A DNA stretch of 64,000 nucleotides from Felis catus. Lineage: Eukaryota. The stretch is from NCBI RefSeq assembly GCF_018350175.1, contig NC_058368.1, positions 18,540,001 to 18,604,000 on the forward strand. The letters are read 5' to 3'. Numbering within the stretch: the stretch's first letter is position 1; each line of letters begins with the position of its first letter. Shown here in pieces: positions 38,341-51,350 of this stretch. Both the position numbers and the translations under genes were made by a program. A model generated the notes under the pieces. It was not told the origin of the DNA, did no database searches, and saw only the letters and a list, made by a program, of their open reading frames with translations.

Positions 38341-41300
38341 AGTGTATCATTCTGTGTTTTACCATTCCCCCGCTGATAACAGTTAGGTCGATTCCAACTA
38401 ACAATCATGCAGTACACGTCCTCCCCAGCCTCTCACTTAATCCTCACAACAGCCCTGAAGAGTAGTTACTATTAACCCCATTTCCAAGGGAGGAGGAAAC
38501 TGGACCTTAGGACAAAGGGTTAGTCATTCTTTTAGAGAGGAATCCAGGTGGCTCTCAAATGCAAATCTTCTCACTGCAGCCCATTAAAGATCCTTTCTGG
38601 GATTTGATGCTTGATCAAATTTGTCTCCTCCAAGGAGCTGTGAAGAAGATGCAACTTGTCTTATTTCCCTTTTGTCTGGGCTTCCATGAAGCTGGCAGCC
38701 AAATTTAAGTCTCAATCAAGGCAAATTACATACAATTAGCATATCCATAGACTCATTTTCTTTGGTCTTAATTTTCCATTTTGATTTCATTCAACCTTAT
38801 TGTAATGTACTTTTTGTGCAGGCTTCCTTAGATTTTTAAAATAAAGAATCAAGGTGTAATTAATTTGAATTATACGAGTGTTAGAATTCTAGGCACCGAG
38901 GAGTCTTGGGTTCAGATGGATGGATGGTGAGTACCCTGGACTCTGTCCTCCGTACTCTATAACTTTCTGGAGCCTGGCTTCTGTGTGTTCACTGGTCACA
39001 CTCACTGTCACAGAGGACAGAGAAGGATAAACAGCACAGTCTCAAATGGGTCCACTTGACTAGTTAGCAGCAACTTAATCTGGTAGCAACTGAACAGAGG
39101 TAGAAAATTTAACAGAGGGTGTTCCTCCCCGCTTCCCAATACCAGAGAAAATACGGGGTTGTTTGAGTGTCCTAGACAAGCACAGCATGTGGCCCTTGTC
39201 AGGTACTTGATAAATGCATAATGATATACAGTTACATATTTATCAAAAAGAAGTAAATATAACCAATGGCCAAAATGCAACACTATTTTTAAATTTTTAG
39301 TGTTACATTTTAGACTTCTGCCTTTTCAAGAGTAGTAGAAATTTATAGTCAATCTCCTGCCCCGTGTCTGAACAGCATCCTTCTGTATGATCACCTACCC
39401 TTCCTGTCGATGATCCTCATTACAGGGTCTCGCCTCCCGCCTCATCAGAGTAATGAGTCAAGAGTAAATACCTGAAGACGATTTGCTCACTATTTGTAAA
39501 GTTAATCTGGCCATTTTACAGCAGTCACCAACCCTATAGCCCAAACTTTCAAAGGTGGTTTTTTAGCAGCACCCATCGGTATGCTATTACCAAGTGTCAC
39601 CAAAAGGTGACACTTTAGAAGCTCCTTTATGATATCGTAAAGTGAAAAGGGAAAGGACTGATCCTGGCTGATAGTGTAGGTGGATTTATGGCTTGTATTT
39701 CTATCCATCAGATGTGGAACATACTTTTAGCAAGACACATCAAACTTACTTCTCCTCCAAAGGGTCTAACTCAATTGGTGAGAGAGAGTTGGGAACTCTT
39801 TTGCTCCACCAGTGTTAACAACAATAACGATAACAACAGTAACAATAACAACAATAATGACTTCTTCCCTGGCTTCATGCCAAGGGAAGAAAAGACAGTA
39901 AGAAGGTGTGATAGGGAGCATGGTTAGAGAGCTCTGTTTAAAAGGACAAGATGAACTAAACACCTTAAGGCTTCTCATCCACTCCACTGGACTCAATTTC
40001 TTTCATCAGCCCCTTTTGCTTCCTCATAAATTTGTCTTAGGACATGAGGTTTTACAAAAGCCAGTAGAGAAAAGGCGTGGAAAGGAAGAACCCAAAGAGG
40101 GCTCAGTGGTTTGGGAATATACTGCTGACCTCTACTTTCTCCTGGTAGCCTTCCCAAGGTCAGTCACGGCAGTCAAGAATCTTGAGATTCCTCACCTTTG
40201 CTCATCTCTGAGCCTGTCAGCACTTTTGCCAAATAGTGTTCAAGACAATAACTCTAGACCCCTTTAAAGTCAACCCGTTCCTCAATGTCACTTTTTTTCT
40301 TTTTTGACATTCAACAGCAGTCTAGAAGAAAATAATATATTGGCATAAAGAAGAGGAGGTCCAAACGTATTCCTAGTTAACTGTAATATCTGCATATCAA
40401 ATAACACCCTGAAAGTGTTGCTGCTCCGTCCTGAATTCAGGAGTTGTCTGGCTGCCGACGGTGGGAAAGAAGAGGGGCAAGGACATTATAGGAAGTTCCT
40501 TCTGCTATCTCCCGCTCCCCTCTAGACCCTCCCAAATTCTCCTGAACTGAGACCGAACACAAGCTCTTTGGAATGCAGACCCAACAGTCCCACGGGTGCA
40601 GCTTGTGGGGAGGGGGTGTTGAAGAAACCAAGCCCTAACTCTTGTACTTTGTGTCCCAAGACCCGTGACGCCCACCCCTTCCCCCACCACATCACGGCCC
40701 CCACCACAGTCCACACTCGTGAGCCATTCTTCCCCACAGATGCCCGTGTTGGGGGCTCACATTGAAAACTGAATCTCATGATTTTAGCCAGCAATTGCAT
40801 CAAATGCAAGCTATCCGCATGTATGGGCAATGAAAAAATGGCACGGAAACAGCTCTTAGCAAAACGCAATTGCACGTGAGTGGAAAGACCCGGATCCAAA
40901 ATCGGGGGGGTCTACCCCTGGCCACTTAAAGAAGTGTGACTTTGGGCCAGCCTCCTAACTTCACGGAATCCAGTTCCCCGAGTTTAAATGAGGTTATGTA
41001 AACAACAGTGTTCTGTACATTTAAGCTTCCGCGAAATTAAAGAGATTTATACAAAGAAACGCCAGTTAAAGAACCAGGTCATCGGGCCTGTGTCCCCATG
41101 ATACAAGTGCTGTTTTTGCTGTTTTTCATTTCGGTCACACTGTTTGAGACATTCGACGCTTTGCATTCAATTGCCCCCATGGAGTGGGTGCCTTGCCTTA
41201 GACCAAACCATGGGAACGTTTTGATGCTGTCTCTGACTTGTGGGTACCCAGGCACATGTGCCCTCAGAGGGGAAGAAAAGCGAATGATTACTTTTTTGGA

Positions 41301-41904
41301 TAAAACCATTTAAAATATGCAAAGTTTTGATAAGGCACCGACTCTCCCAAGAGCCCGGCATCCTTAAAAGACACCCTGCAAGCTCAGTTCATCTGTTTTC
41401 AAGCTCAGTTCCATTTGAGTCACATTAATAAGGGTAAAATTCCTCACAAGCACCTTGTCTGTGAGAAAACAAGTGTCATGCTGTCCCCCGATCTGACTGT
41501 AAATCCCTGCCGCTTCTGCTTCTCCAATTAAAGGCATTTTTAGAAAAAGAATACAATTCTTTTAGAGGCACTGAAAACACACATCGGAGCTGAGACTACC
41601 CAACCCCGATTGGGGGAGGAGAGAGAGAGGGATAGAAAGTACTCTTAATGAGGAGAATCCCCGCTTTTGGGCCAGAGGGCAGGCGGCCTAAGGGCAGGTG
41701 CGCATGGGGGGGAGGGGGTGATGGGTGCCCCTGACTACCTGAAGCCTAGACCAAACCAGGAAAGGGGGTTGGGAAGCAGGAAGCCCCCCTAGTGGTAGTC
41801 AGGAGCTTTTTCTACCTGTTAAAGTGGAGGGGCAAGGCACAGGCAGGTATTATGGAATGGTGGAAGATAAACACCTGATACTTGGGCTAAACCTTTTGTT
41901 GCAC

Positions 41905-41924
41905 TTTTTCTTAGTGTATTTATT

Positions 41925-41987
<63 letters not shown>

Positions 41988-42151
41988 GCAGGGAAGGGGC
42001 AGAGAGAGAGAGGGAGACACAGAATCCGAAGCAGGCTCCAGGCTCTGAGCTGTCGGCACAGAGCCGCATGTGGGGCTCGAACTCATGAACTGTGAGATCA
42101 CAACCTGAGCCAAAGTCAGATGCTCAAGGGACTGAACCACCCAGGCGCCCC
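41905..42151 (-). mobile_element. Can-SINE with long (GA)n
   Basis: TSD ccttttgttgca (41892-41903 / 42152-42163). Confidence 0.96.
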
Positions 42152-42859
42152 CCTTTTGTTGCATTTTAGTCTCTTACTCTCCATCCTCCATGAAAAAGCA
42201 TTCTGAAGGTTTTTGGCTATTTGAACAATATCGGCCTGGCGAGTTAGCTAAATTTGACGGCAAAGTGCAAATAAAGAGAAGCTCCAGGGGGTAGGAAACG
42301 AGGCAGGAGGCTGAGCAAAGAGTTCAGGGAGAGCCTGACGAGGGCCTGAACCAAAGGAGCGGCAGGCACATTGCCCCAACATGGACTATGAGTCCTGATT
42401 CTCAAACCAGTGCACGAGGTGACAGAGACAAATGTCCCTGAGCACTGGCGTCCCACCCCGCCGGGGTCTTGCATAGGAGGCTCCTGAGAGCCTGTCAGAA
42501 TATGCCACTTTCTGTATGTTTTATTCATAGGCCATCAGTTATCTTCTAAAAAATTAAAACACGACTCACCACAGTTTTAACGTTGAATTCATACAATTTT
42601 CATGAAATCAAGATTCATGTTAATGAAAACTGACTAGAACTTACTACTGATCCCAGTGATCACCTTAATAATAGGTGAGTCTCTTGAAGTGAAAAAGGGT
42701 GGCGGTTTGTAAATAAACCTGTGAGCTAGTGGGCATTTACAATAATTATTAAACATAGTAATATAATTAATATTAATACTTTAATTAAACTACGTGTAAC
42801 GTACATATGAGGTGAGCTGCAAGGAGGTTTACAGGAGGCTCATTTCTAATTCTAAATTT

Positions 42860-43235
42860 CAAAATTTGGAAAACAAGTTAGTTACCCAAAAAGCAAGGAT
42901 TAGTTGAGTAAACTGTAATGTTTCCATACGGTGGAATACTTTTTAAGAATTAAAAATGATGTCATAGAAATATACTTATTTAAATGAAAAGACATTCTAG
43001 GTGACATTTCAGGTGACAAAGATCAAAGTACAAAACAGTATGACTATGAGCTCGCTGTTGCTTAAGAGGAAAGGATGTACATAGAAAAAAAAATCTACAA
43101 GGATATATACCAAAAAGTTAAGGAGGGTTTTAGCAAGTGTAATAATTATAGCAAGTATAGCATGAATAATTATTCTTTTCTTTTGTTTGCTCCCCAGTAT
43201 TTTCTATTGTTGCTTTTTTTCTACAGTGAACATGC
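42860..43235 (+). mobile_element. Old L1ME-type 3' end
   Basis: aaaatttggaaaacaag...tagttgagtaaactgtaatgtttccatacggtggaatact...attaaaaatga. Confidence 0.6.
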
Positions 43236-43419
43236 GTTACATATATAGTAACAGAGTTACTTTTTGCAGGGCTGCATGTGGTACAGGAAACATGAATGTG
43301 ACGTTCCAGGAATAAGGTGAAGAGCAGCTGAAGGACAGGCAGGGGCAGGGGAGTCGCCCAGTTGGAGTCTGGGTCCCCCCAAAAAATAGAGAACCGGGAC
43401 ACATGTAGCAAAGGCCCGA

Positions 43420-43620
43420 GAGCACAGACTTTGGATCCCAGTTCAGCCACTTGTGAGGCTGGACAAGTTACTTCATCTTTTTTTAGATTCCTCATCTGCA
43501 AAACAGGTGAAAAATAATACCATTTGTCGCTCCAACTGTGTTGTTGGAAATCCAAAAAGTTGATAACAGTATGTGTAAAGTTTCTCAGCTTCCAATAAAG
43601 TCTGGCACAGGATAAGCCTT
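43420..43620 (+). mobile_element. MIR relic
   Basis: ggacaagttacttcatc...ttcctcatctgcaaaacagg. Confidence 0.6.
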
Positions 43621-44273
43621 ATGTGTGCTCGCTTATCTGAAAGGTATTTCCTCTGAACGATTCCTAAGATGAATAGGTGAAAAAAAAACCACTTTCTTAT
43701 CCCACCCCCTTAGGGCTGAGTCAGCTGGGTAGAGAGAAGGCTGGTGCTGTGTTCTTTTCGAACACGGTTCATCATCTTAATTTCTTTTAAAAAACCAATT
43801 CACTTCCTTTCCTCTTCCCCGTAAAAGCTCTTTGGGAAGTTTTGCCTTATTGCTAATGGTTTTCTTTATAACTGGATGATCAATTCAACTGAGATTAATT
43901 GAGCATGAAGCTGGCAGCATCTGCGAAGCCATTTATCAGGGAGAAGGAGCCGGATCCCGCCAGAGCCCAGGAGCTGTCATTATCTGCACTCCCGTTCCAG
44001 CAGCCTCAGGCACACCTGAGCCTCAGGTGGCCAGCAACATGTTCACTGAGTACGTGAGCAGTAAGGGGAGAGGACTCTTGCACTCCCCCCTCCCCAGCAG
44101 AAAGGCTGTGTGTCTGCAAGTGATCCTCGCAAGCCCCAAAGGCTGAATTTATTCCAATGTCAAGCCAGCATACTGCTCTAACACTGTTTACTGAAAAAAA
44201 ATTAATTTAATTTAAGACAGATATGATCTGGATCCTACCCAATGGAGTTCCACTGATGAAGTACTAAAAGAAA

Positions 44274-44487
44274 GGGGACCTGGGTGGCTCAGCTGGCTGA
44301 ACATTGGACTTTGGCTCGGGTCATGATCTCACGGTCCGTGAGTTCGAGCCCCGCATTGGGCTCTGTGCTGACACCTCAGAGCCTGGAGCCTGCTTCGAAT
44401 TCTATGTCTCCTTCTCTCTCTGACCCTCCCCTGTTCATGCTCTGTCTCTCTCTGTCTCAAAAGTAAAATAAAACATTAAAAAAAAAA
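44274..44487 (+). mobile_element. Can-SINE
   Basis: TSD atgaagtactaaaag / atgaagtaccaaaag. Confidence 0.95.
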
Positions 44488-44639
44488 TGAAGTACCAAAA
44501 GTATACATCTTAGGAGGCTATATCCAGCATGGGCTCTGCAATACTACATTAGCAGAGTTTTGGTCTTTGCTTACAAGTAACCATGGCAACCATTGGCATG
44601 CGTCGTATAGATGATGATGATGATGATGATGATTGACAT

Positions 44640-44880
44640 TTCTAGGACTTATGTGCCAGACAATCTTGTAAGCACTCCATAGCCACTATCTCATTTATTC
44701 CTCTCAGCCTAGGAAGTATGGGTTCTGCTACTTCCCAATTTTACAGATGAGGGAACCAAGCACACAAGGTCAAGTAGCTTGCCCGCAGTTACACAGCAAG
44801 TCAGTGGCAAAGCTGGATTTCAACTTGGCAGTGTGGTTCCCAGCCCGTGTGCCAGCTAACCTTTCTGTTATGCTGCCTCA
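44640..44880 (-). mobile_element. MIR relic
   Basis: cccaattttacagatgagggaaccaagcaca..aggtcaagtagcttgccc..gttacacagc. Confidence 0.7.
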
Positions 44881-44905
44881 CATGTGTGTGTGGGGACATA
44901 CTTTT

Positions 44906-44911
44906 CACACA

Positions 44912-44952
<41 letters not shown>
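44906..44952 (+). repeat. (CA)n microsatellite
   Basis: Direct reading. Confidence 0.95.
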
Positions 44953-44953
<1 letters not shown>

Positions 44954-45258
44954 AGCTAACTGTCCCTTTCAGCACCTATGCAAATCCAGGGATGCAGGAC
45001 GTTCTGCAGCTGGCTAACATTAGCTTTTAAGAGCTCTGAAGCCAAGGTCGTTCCTAATCAGTTATCCAGTCCCGGGTGTCATATCCTTTACCCACCCATT
45101 TTTTTAGGCACAAATCACCAAGGAGATACTCTCCCCACCCAAGACTTGCTCTTCATTTATTTCTGCCCAGGGGGAGTTCAATTCACGAGTGAGTGTGTGT
45201 GTGTTTTAATTGTTCAACATTCACAGGTACCCATAATATTCCAGATACTGTACCCCAC

Positions 45259-45961
45259 TGTAATGATTAATGGTATGTGTCAACTTGGCTGGACCACTGT
45301 ACCCAGATATTTAATCAAACACTATTCAAGATATCTCTGTGAGAGTATTTTTAGATGAGATGTAAATCTAAATCAGTGGTCTTTGAGTAAAGGAAATTGT
45401 CCTCCACAATGTGGGTGGGCCTTATCTAGTCAGTTGAAGGCTTCAATGCAACAAATGACTGATCTCTCCTGAGCAAGAGGGGATTCTGCCAGCCGATGGC
45501 CCTCAGACTTGAACTGCAGCATTAGTCTGGGCTGCTGTAACAAAATACCACAGACTGGGGGACTTACCAACAACAAATTCATTTCTCACAGTTCTAGAGG
45601 CTGGAAGTCCAAGATCAAGGTGCCAGCATGGTTCGGCGAGGGCCCTCTTCCTGGCTATAGACTTTTCATCCCACGGAAGGGGTAAGAAGTCTCTTGGCCT
45701 CTTGCATAAGGACAGTGAACCCATTCACGATGGCTCTGCCTCCTAACACCATCCCGTTGGAAATTAGGATTTTGACATATGAATTTGGGAGAGACGCAGA
45801 CATTCAAACCACAATACTGGGTCTTCAGCCTGTGACCCACCCCGCAAATTTTGGACTTGTCTGCCTCCATAATTGCGTGAGCCGATCCTTAAAGTCAATT
45901 TCCTCCTATATGTATACATATCCTGTTGATTCTGTTTCTTTGGAGAAGCCTGACTAATGCA
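45259..45961 (+). mobile_element. MLT2 (ERVL) solo LTR, interrupted by an MLT1 LTR
   Basis: tgtaatgattaatggtatgtgtcaacttggctgg ... ttctgtttctttggagaagcctgactaatgca; near 5-bp TSD cccac/ctcac. Confidence 0.88.
45519..45816 (-). mobile_element. MLT1A-like MaLR LTR nested in MLT2
   Basis: gctgctgtaacaaaataccacagactggg..tctcacagttctagaggctggaagtccaagatcaagg..gaatttgggagagacgcagacattcaaaccacaata. Confidence 0.85.
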
Positions 45962-48619
45962 CTCACCCTCACTCAGATGTGCTCAGAGCACACACTCCCA
46001 TTTAGCAGCACAGGGAGTAGGAGGGGGTTCTGCTTTGAGAAGGAGGCGGAGCTAAGTGACCTTTCAAGTTTTTACAGAGCTAAAAACCTAAGACTTGGTT
46101 ATTCCAGTACTTGGTACTTCCCTTAGTGCAGATTCTAACCTCAAGGAAAACACCTTGCACTCATGTGACCAAATACCAAAATAGAACAGAATGAGGGCTC
46201 TTGTCCCAACATTTAAAGGGACAGGCATGTGAAGCAGAAGGTTTCACACTAGAAAGAAACCAAGTCTATGACCCAGATCCTGCCACTAGCCTTTTAAACT
46301 CTGAATCACAGAATTCACAAAGGGAGGGGGATTCTTGTCCCTCCCCCACTGCATGCTTTTTCCTAAGCAAAAAAAAAAAACAAAACAAAACAAAAAAAAC
46401 AAACAATGACCAAAGGAAATCCTTTGTGGGAGACTTCCTCCCATTCCATAGCTACCATTCAAGGAAAAAAAAAAAAGTTCACGGAACTGGGCCACCCCTC
46501 CTGGCAAAAGTCAGGCATTGAACTTGACCAGGGGTCATTTTGCGCTTTCTACCGAAGCTATTTTGCAACTGGCCATGGTCACCATCACCGAGCTTCCTAG
46601 TGGAGGACGTGTTCAAAGATAGGGTGCCCACCTAAACGTCTCTGACTTAAAGACCGTTTTCTGTGCTAACTCCCCCTGAAAGGGATCTGTCACCCAAGGG
46701 GACACCGAAACGGCAACCATAGTCCTAACCAGACGTCGCTATGAGAAAGCACACAAATATGGCCCTGGGAGTTGATGACACCTCTCGCCTTCCCACGACA
46801 TAATTAATAGGATAGATTCTTAAATATCAGTCTTCAGCACAACGCTAACTGGGAGTCTATTTCCCTTGACTTCATTCGGGATGTTGGGTTACATCAACCC
46901 CAAATTCCCAACCAATTTCTTAAAATGTAACTAAGACAGTATAAAACGCCTATGTATCCACATATTTAGGATATACACGTTAAGACGCTCTCAGCATTGC
47001 TTTCTGATCACCGAAAAATTGCTGTGTTCATAGCAAAGAGTTGCTTGATATGCTATGGTCTCTCTCTCTCAGCTCTAACAACCATGGTACACACACCCCA
47101 TGCTGACACTCCATGGGCCTTTAAAGGACTTCTGACTTTCCAGGAATTGCTTTTAGACTATCATTCAAAACTGTGCCTGCAAATCATTCAGTTTAAATGT
47201 TGTGTGGAGTTTGGAGGTCATATATGTATGTGTTCTTCTAGATAATCATTGACCAAAAAGACACTGTATTAAGAGACACATACATTCTATGAAATTGGGC
47301 TTTAGTAATTCAGTGGCAGTCTATCGAGGAAATGTTCCCTGGGGAGACGTTGTGGAGGATATTGCTATCATTTATTTGTTTGTCCTATTTATTATCTGTC
47401 TCCCTTCACTGAACTGTAAGCACACAAGAGTAGAGATTTATTTCTGTTTTGCTGCTATGTCACCAGTGCCTAGAAAGGACCTGACTCACAGGAGGTGTGC
47501 AGAGCATTTTGGGTAAGTTAGCAACTGTCAGAGGCTGAGGGGAGATGGGTGGATTACTAAAATCCCCATCATTTAACAGGGAGAGACTGTGAAAATAGCC
47601 CTACACCAGGAGCCAGGAGAGCTGAGTTTTGAGTCCCGGACTGGCCACTCAGTTACTCAGTGAGGGACCCTGAGCCTCATTTTCCTCTCTGGGCACTGGA
47701 TTCTCAACCCAGCCCCCATCTCCTTCCTGGGGCTCCCCTGTCTGATTCTGTGGGGATAAGCCTATCCAGCTCTCTAATGGGGAGGGGGATAGGGGAGGCG
47801 GCGGGGAGGGGGAAGGCAGCCCCAGTCACTGCTGGGAGGAAATTGGGGGCGGGCAGCAGAAGCCGAAAGAAAGCACAGAATTTGGCTGAGAAATCTAGTG
47901 AGGAATCGCCTTGCCCTCCCTCGGGGCGCTCCCTTCTTGTTACATCACCTTATACATCGCATTGCGGTGATGCTCAAAAACAACAGGACCATTTCGGAAG
48001 TACCTTGCCTTGTTCCAGGGGGCAATCCGCATTCCCTCTCGCAGCAATCCCGGCCTACAGAAAAACAGGCGGTTGGGCTTTCCAGCAAAGAGCTCCGAAG
48101 CTGTGGTTTCCCCCTGAGGTGTCACCTACCCTTTGATGCAGAGTGCCAGTAGGTGTGTCCCCAGCCTCTATTCCTGTCAGAGGCCCCACAGAGTAAGTAC
48201 AGTCGAGATCACAGAGATCAACAAGGGCTGTGTGGCTTCCGGGGCAGGGAGAGAGCAAGCAGAGCAGAGAGGAGGAGCCCGCACCCCATTCAGGACAGAG
48301 GAGGACACTGGGGGACGCGCCCGCCCCCCGCCCTCGATGGACAGGCCGCTGGCCAGCGGCCATCCTTCTGAGGCGGTAACGCTCAGAAAGTACTTACCAG
48401 GCACTTTATTTTATGTCCCTCACGGAACTCGGTATTTCCAATAGCCTTACGAGGTAAGTCCCATTGTGGCAGATGAAGACATTGAGGCTGAGGGGGCTTA
48501 AATGACTCGCTGAAGGTCACACAGCCGGGAGAAGGACGGGGCAGGGCTACCTTCACACAGTCTGACCACCACACGGTTCCACTCCCTAATGCCCACACAG
48601 CATCGAAACACGTTCTGGG

Positions 48620-49750
48620 CTTGCCGCAAGGTGGGGGGCACCTTCCACTCCTTAAACCCTGGAATCCACTCCCATCCCTGCTGAAAGGTCTCAGCTCCCC
48701 AAGGCACTCAGTAACATTCGCTCTTCTCTCTCTCATCTTCAATGTGCCTCCACACCAAAGCCCTCTGGTTCCAGGAGGAGCTCTTTCCTGCCACCATGGC
48801 CAGAACTCTTTAGAAAGTTCACAACGCGGTTTTCTCTTCTCCTCCTCTCTACTCCCTCCCTACACCGGGATTATCTAGAAGCTTCTGACTTCACCATGAT
48901 TCCCAACCATCCCCATGTTGTTTATTAGGCTTTTTTTTTTTTTTAATTATTTTACTTGATTTTTTAGCCTCTTTTACACTGTTAACCATGACCTCGACCT
49001 TCAAACCTGCTCTTCCTTTGGGAACCTACCTTACTGCCGCCTCTCCTGGTTCTCCTCCCAGCTCTCTGGCTACCCATCCCAGTTGGGCTCAGGTGCCCCT
49101 GCAACTCTGCCCATCCCTTAAAGGTTGAGGATTTCCAGGAGTGTCCTGGGCTCTGTCTTCTCACTCTGGACACTCTCTGGGAGGGATTTCACGAATTCTC
49201 AGGACTGTGATATCTATACACAAGAGATTCCCCAATCTTTACCTCCTGTTCTGTTCTATCTTGTGAGCTTGAGACCACATACTCAGCCTGCCAGTGGTCC
49301 ACACCCTCACCACCAGGAGGAACAGATTCTCTGCAGGACCCGGCCGTGTGGAGTTCATCTGCCTCATTTCTCCCACTAAATAGTCCAGCCCTCTGAACTA
49401 TTGACTCTTCCTCTTCTGAGCCACCGCACGGCCGGGCCCCCTCTTCTGGGAAACTCCTTAGCCCTCCTTTTCCTTGGCTCAGTTCCACTCACCCTCCAAA
49501 TCTTCACGTGGATATCACTTCCTCCGGGCAGTAGGGAGGCGTCAGGCCTGGGTGAGGTCTCAGCACACCCCCACCCCATCAGAGCACCTATTCCATTTAC
49601 TGCAAGGACCTATTTCCCCTATATCCTCCATACACTAGTTTACTATTTAATCCCCACTAACTAGGGTAGTTCTTGATCCGTACCTTATAGGCATTCAATA
49701 AATAGGGTCGAGTGAATGAAGGATGAATGAATGAATGAATGAATGAATGG
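48620..49750 (+). mobile_element. L2 LINE relic ending in a (GAAT)n tail
   Basis: Pyrimidine-rich L2-type body; taggcattcaataaata followed by gaatgaatgaatgaat, the typical L2 3' terminus. Confidence 0.65.
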
Positions 49751-50947
49751 AAATTATAGCATCATTTAATCTGGTCTCAGAAGCAGATGGTGACCCCATA
49801 ACTCCAGGAATTCATGGTGAGATGGGGTTGTGATCTGTGAGCCCTGCTTCCTTATGGGACCTCTTTGTTCAGGGCAGGTGATGTTAGCTCCCAAGAACTG
49901 AAACTTAAGCCCGTCTTCTGACTCCCATTCAGGTCAACCACCTTGACTACCAAGATGCTTACCACTGGCCTGATCCCATTCTCATTCTTTCTCTGAGCGT
50001 GCTGTCCTACTGTGTGCTCTTGGTGCCACTGCTGCCTGTGACCAATACTGGTCACCCACCGTGCATGGGGTGGGATGGCTCAATGCACTGAATGCTATGG
50101 ATCTAGGAGTCTGTTGCCTGGCATTCTTCAGTCCCAGGGGGAGCCTTCTCTCTGCAACTCCTAGCTTGCAGTCTCTCTGGATCCACACAAGCAGCCTCAG
50201 ATGGCATTCGTGTGTATTTATGTGTGCACGTGTCTGGTAAACCACAACTCTGGCCGAATCTAGCCTCTTCCAAACCAGGGCAACCTGTGGGGAATGTGGC
50301 GACAGTTCATCTCCTTCCTCCTGACCAAGCTGTTCCTGGCTGGGGTTGTCCAAAGGTGCTACGCGTGTAGAAAAAAACACAAGCTTTTCCACTTACCACC
50401 CAGATGCTTCTAGATATTGTTGTGTTTGTGGATTGAAATCATCTAGATGTTGATTGACCCTGCAGAAACTTCTTGCCCAGATGCTTGTTGTCATATAAAT
50501 TACTGACAGTCATCTTTCTTTTCACCTCCAATCTGCCAGGTCTTTCCCTCCACTGCCATTCCAGAAGGCGCATTCCAGGTGCGATTGTCATTCCTGAGCA
50601 AGGGTGGCTGACTCATCCCAGCAGAGTTCTGAGAGGATCTTCCCAGGGGACTTGGCCCCCTGCCAGCCAGCAGAACCCTTGGTGCCAGCCAGAGGCTCCC
50701 TCACGTCCCCTCACACCGGGGCTTCCCTAGAAGTTCCCACATACTGATGCCTCTCACTGCCGCTCCCAGGGGGGCCAGAGCCTTTTTGGTAGAGAAAAGC
50801 TACTATAAATACAAAACAAAACACTGTTAGGATACGACCCTCTTATTCACTAACCAATGCACTTTTCCTGTGCCATCTGTGATTTGCAAGTCCTTTTATG
50901 ATAAGGAACTTGTTATAAGTTCCTTAAGTTCAAATTTATCATATCAA

Positions 50948-51152
50948 GGGGCGCCTGGGTGGCTCAGTTAACTGACCGACTTCAGCTCAGGTCATGATCT
51001 CACAGTTGGTAGGTTTGAGCTCTGCGTCGGGCTCTGTGCTGACAGCTCAGAGCCTGGAGCCTGATTCAGATTCTCTGTTTCCCTCTGTCTCTGCCCCTCC
51101 CCCACTCATGCTCTGTCTCTGTCTCTCAATAATAAAAATGTTTTTAAAAATT
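50948..51152 (+). mobile_element. Can-SINE
   Basis: Perfect 17-bp TSD caaatttatcatatcaa (50931-50947 / 51155-51171). Confidence 0.96.
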
Positions 51153-51350
51153 TACAAATTTATCATATCAAAATAACTCTCAGAATGGACTGCATTGATC
51201 AGTATCAAATTTGTCTTTCTGTTTATCAATTTATCAATAGACTGACTCCATAAATATTCACTTTGCCTTTACCGTAGGACAGGCGTTGCAGCATATGATA
51301 AGAACACCAAGAGAAAGAGACTTGAACTGGTCCTCAAATTGCCTACCATC

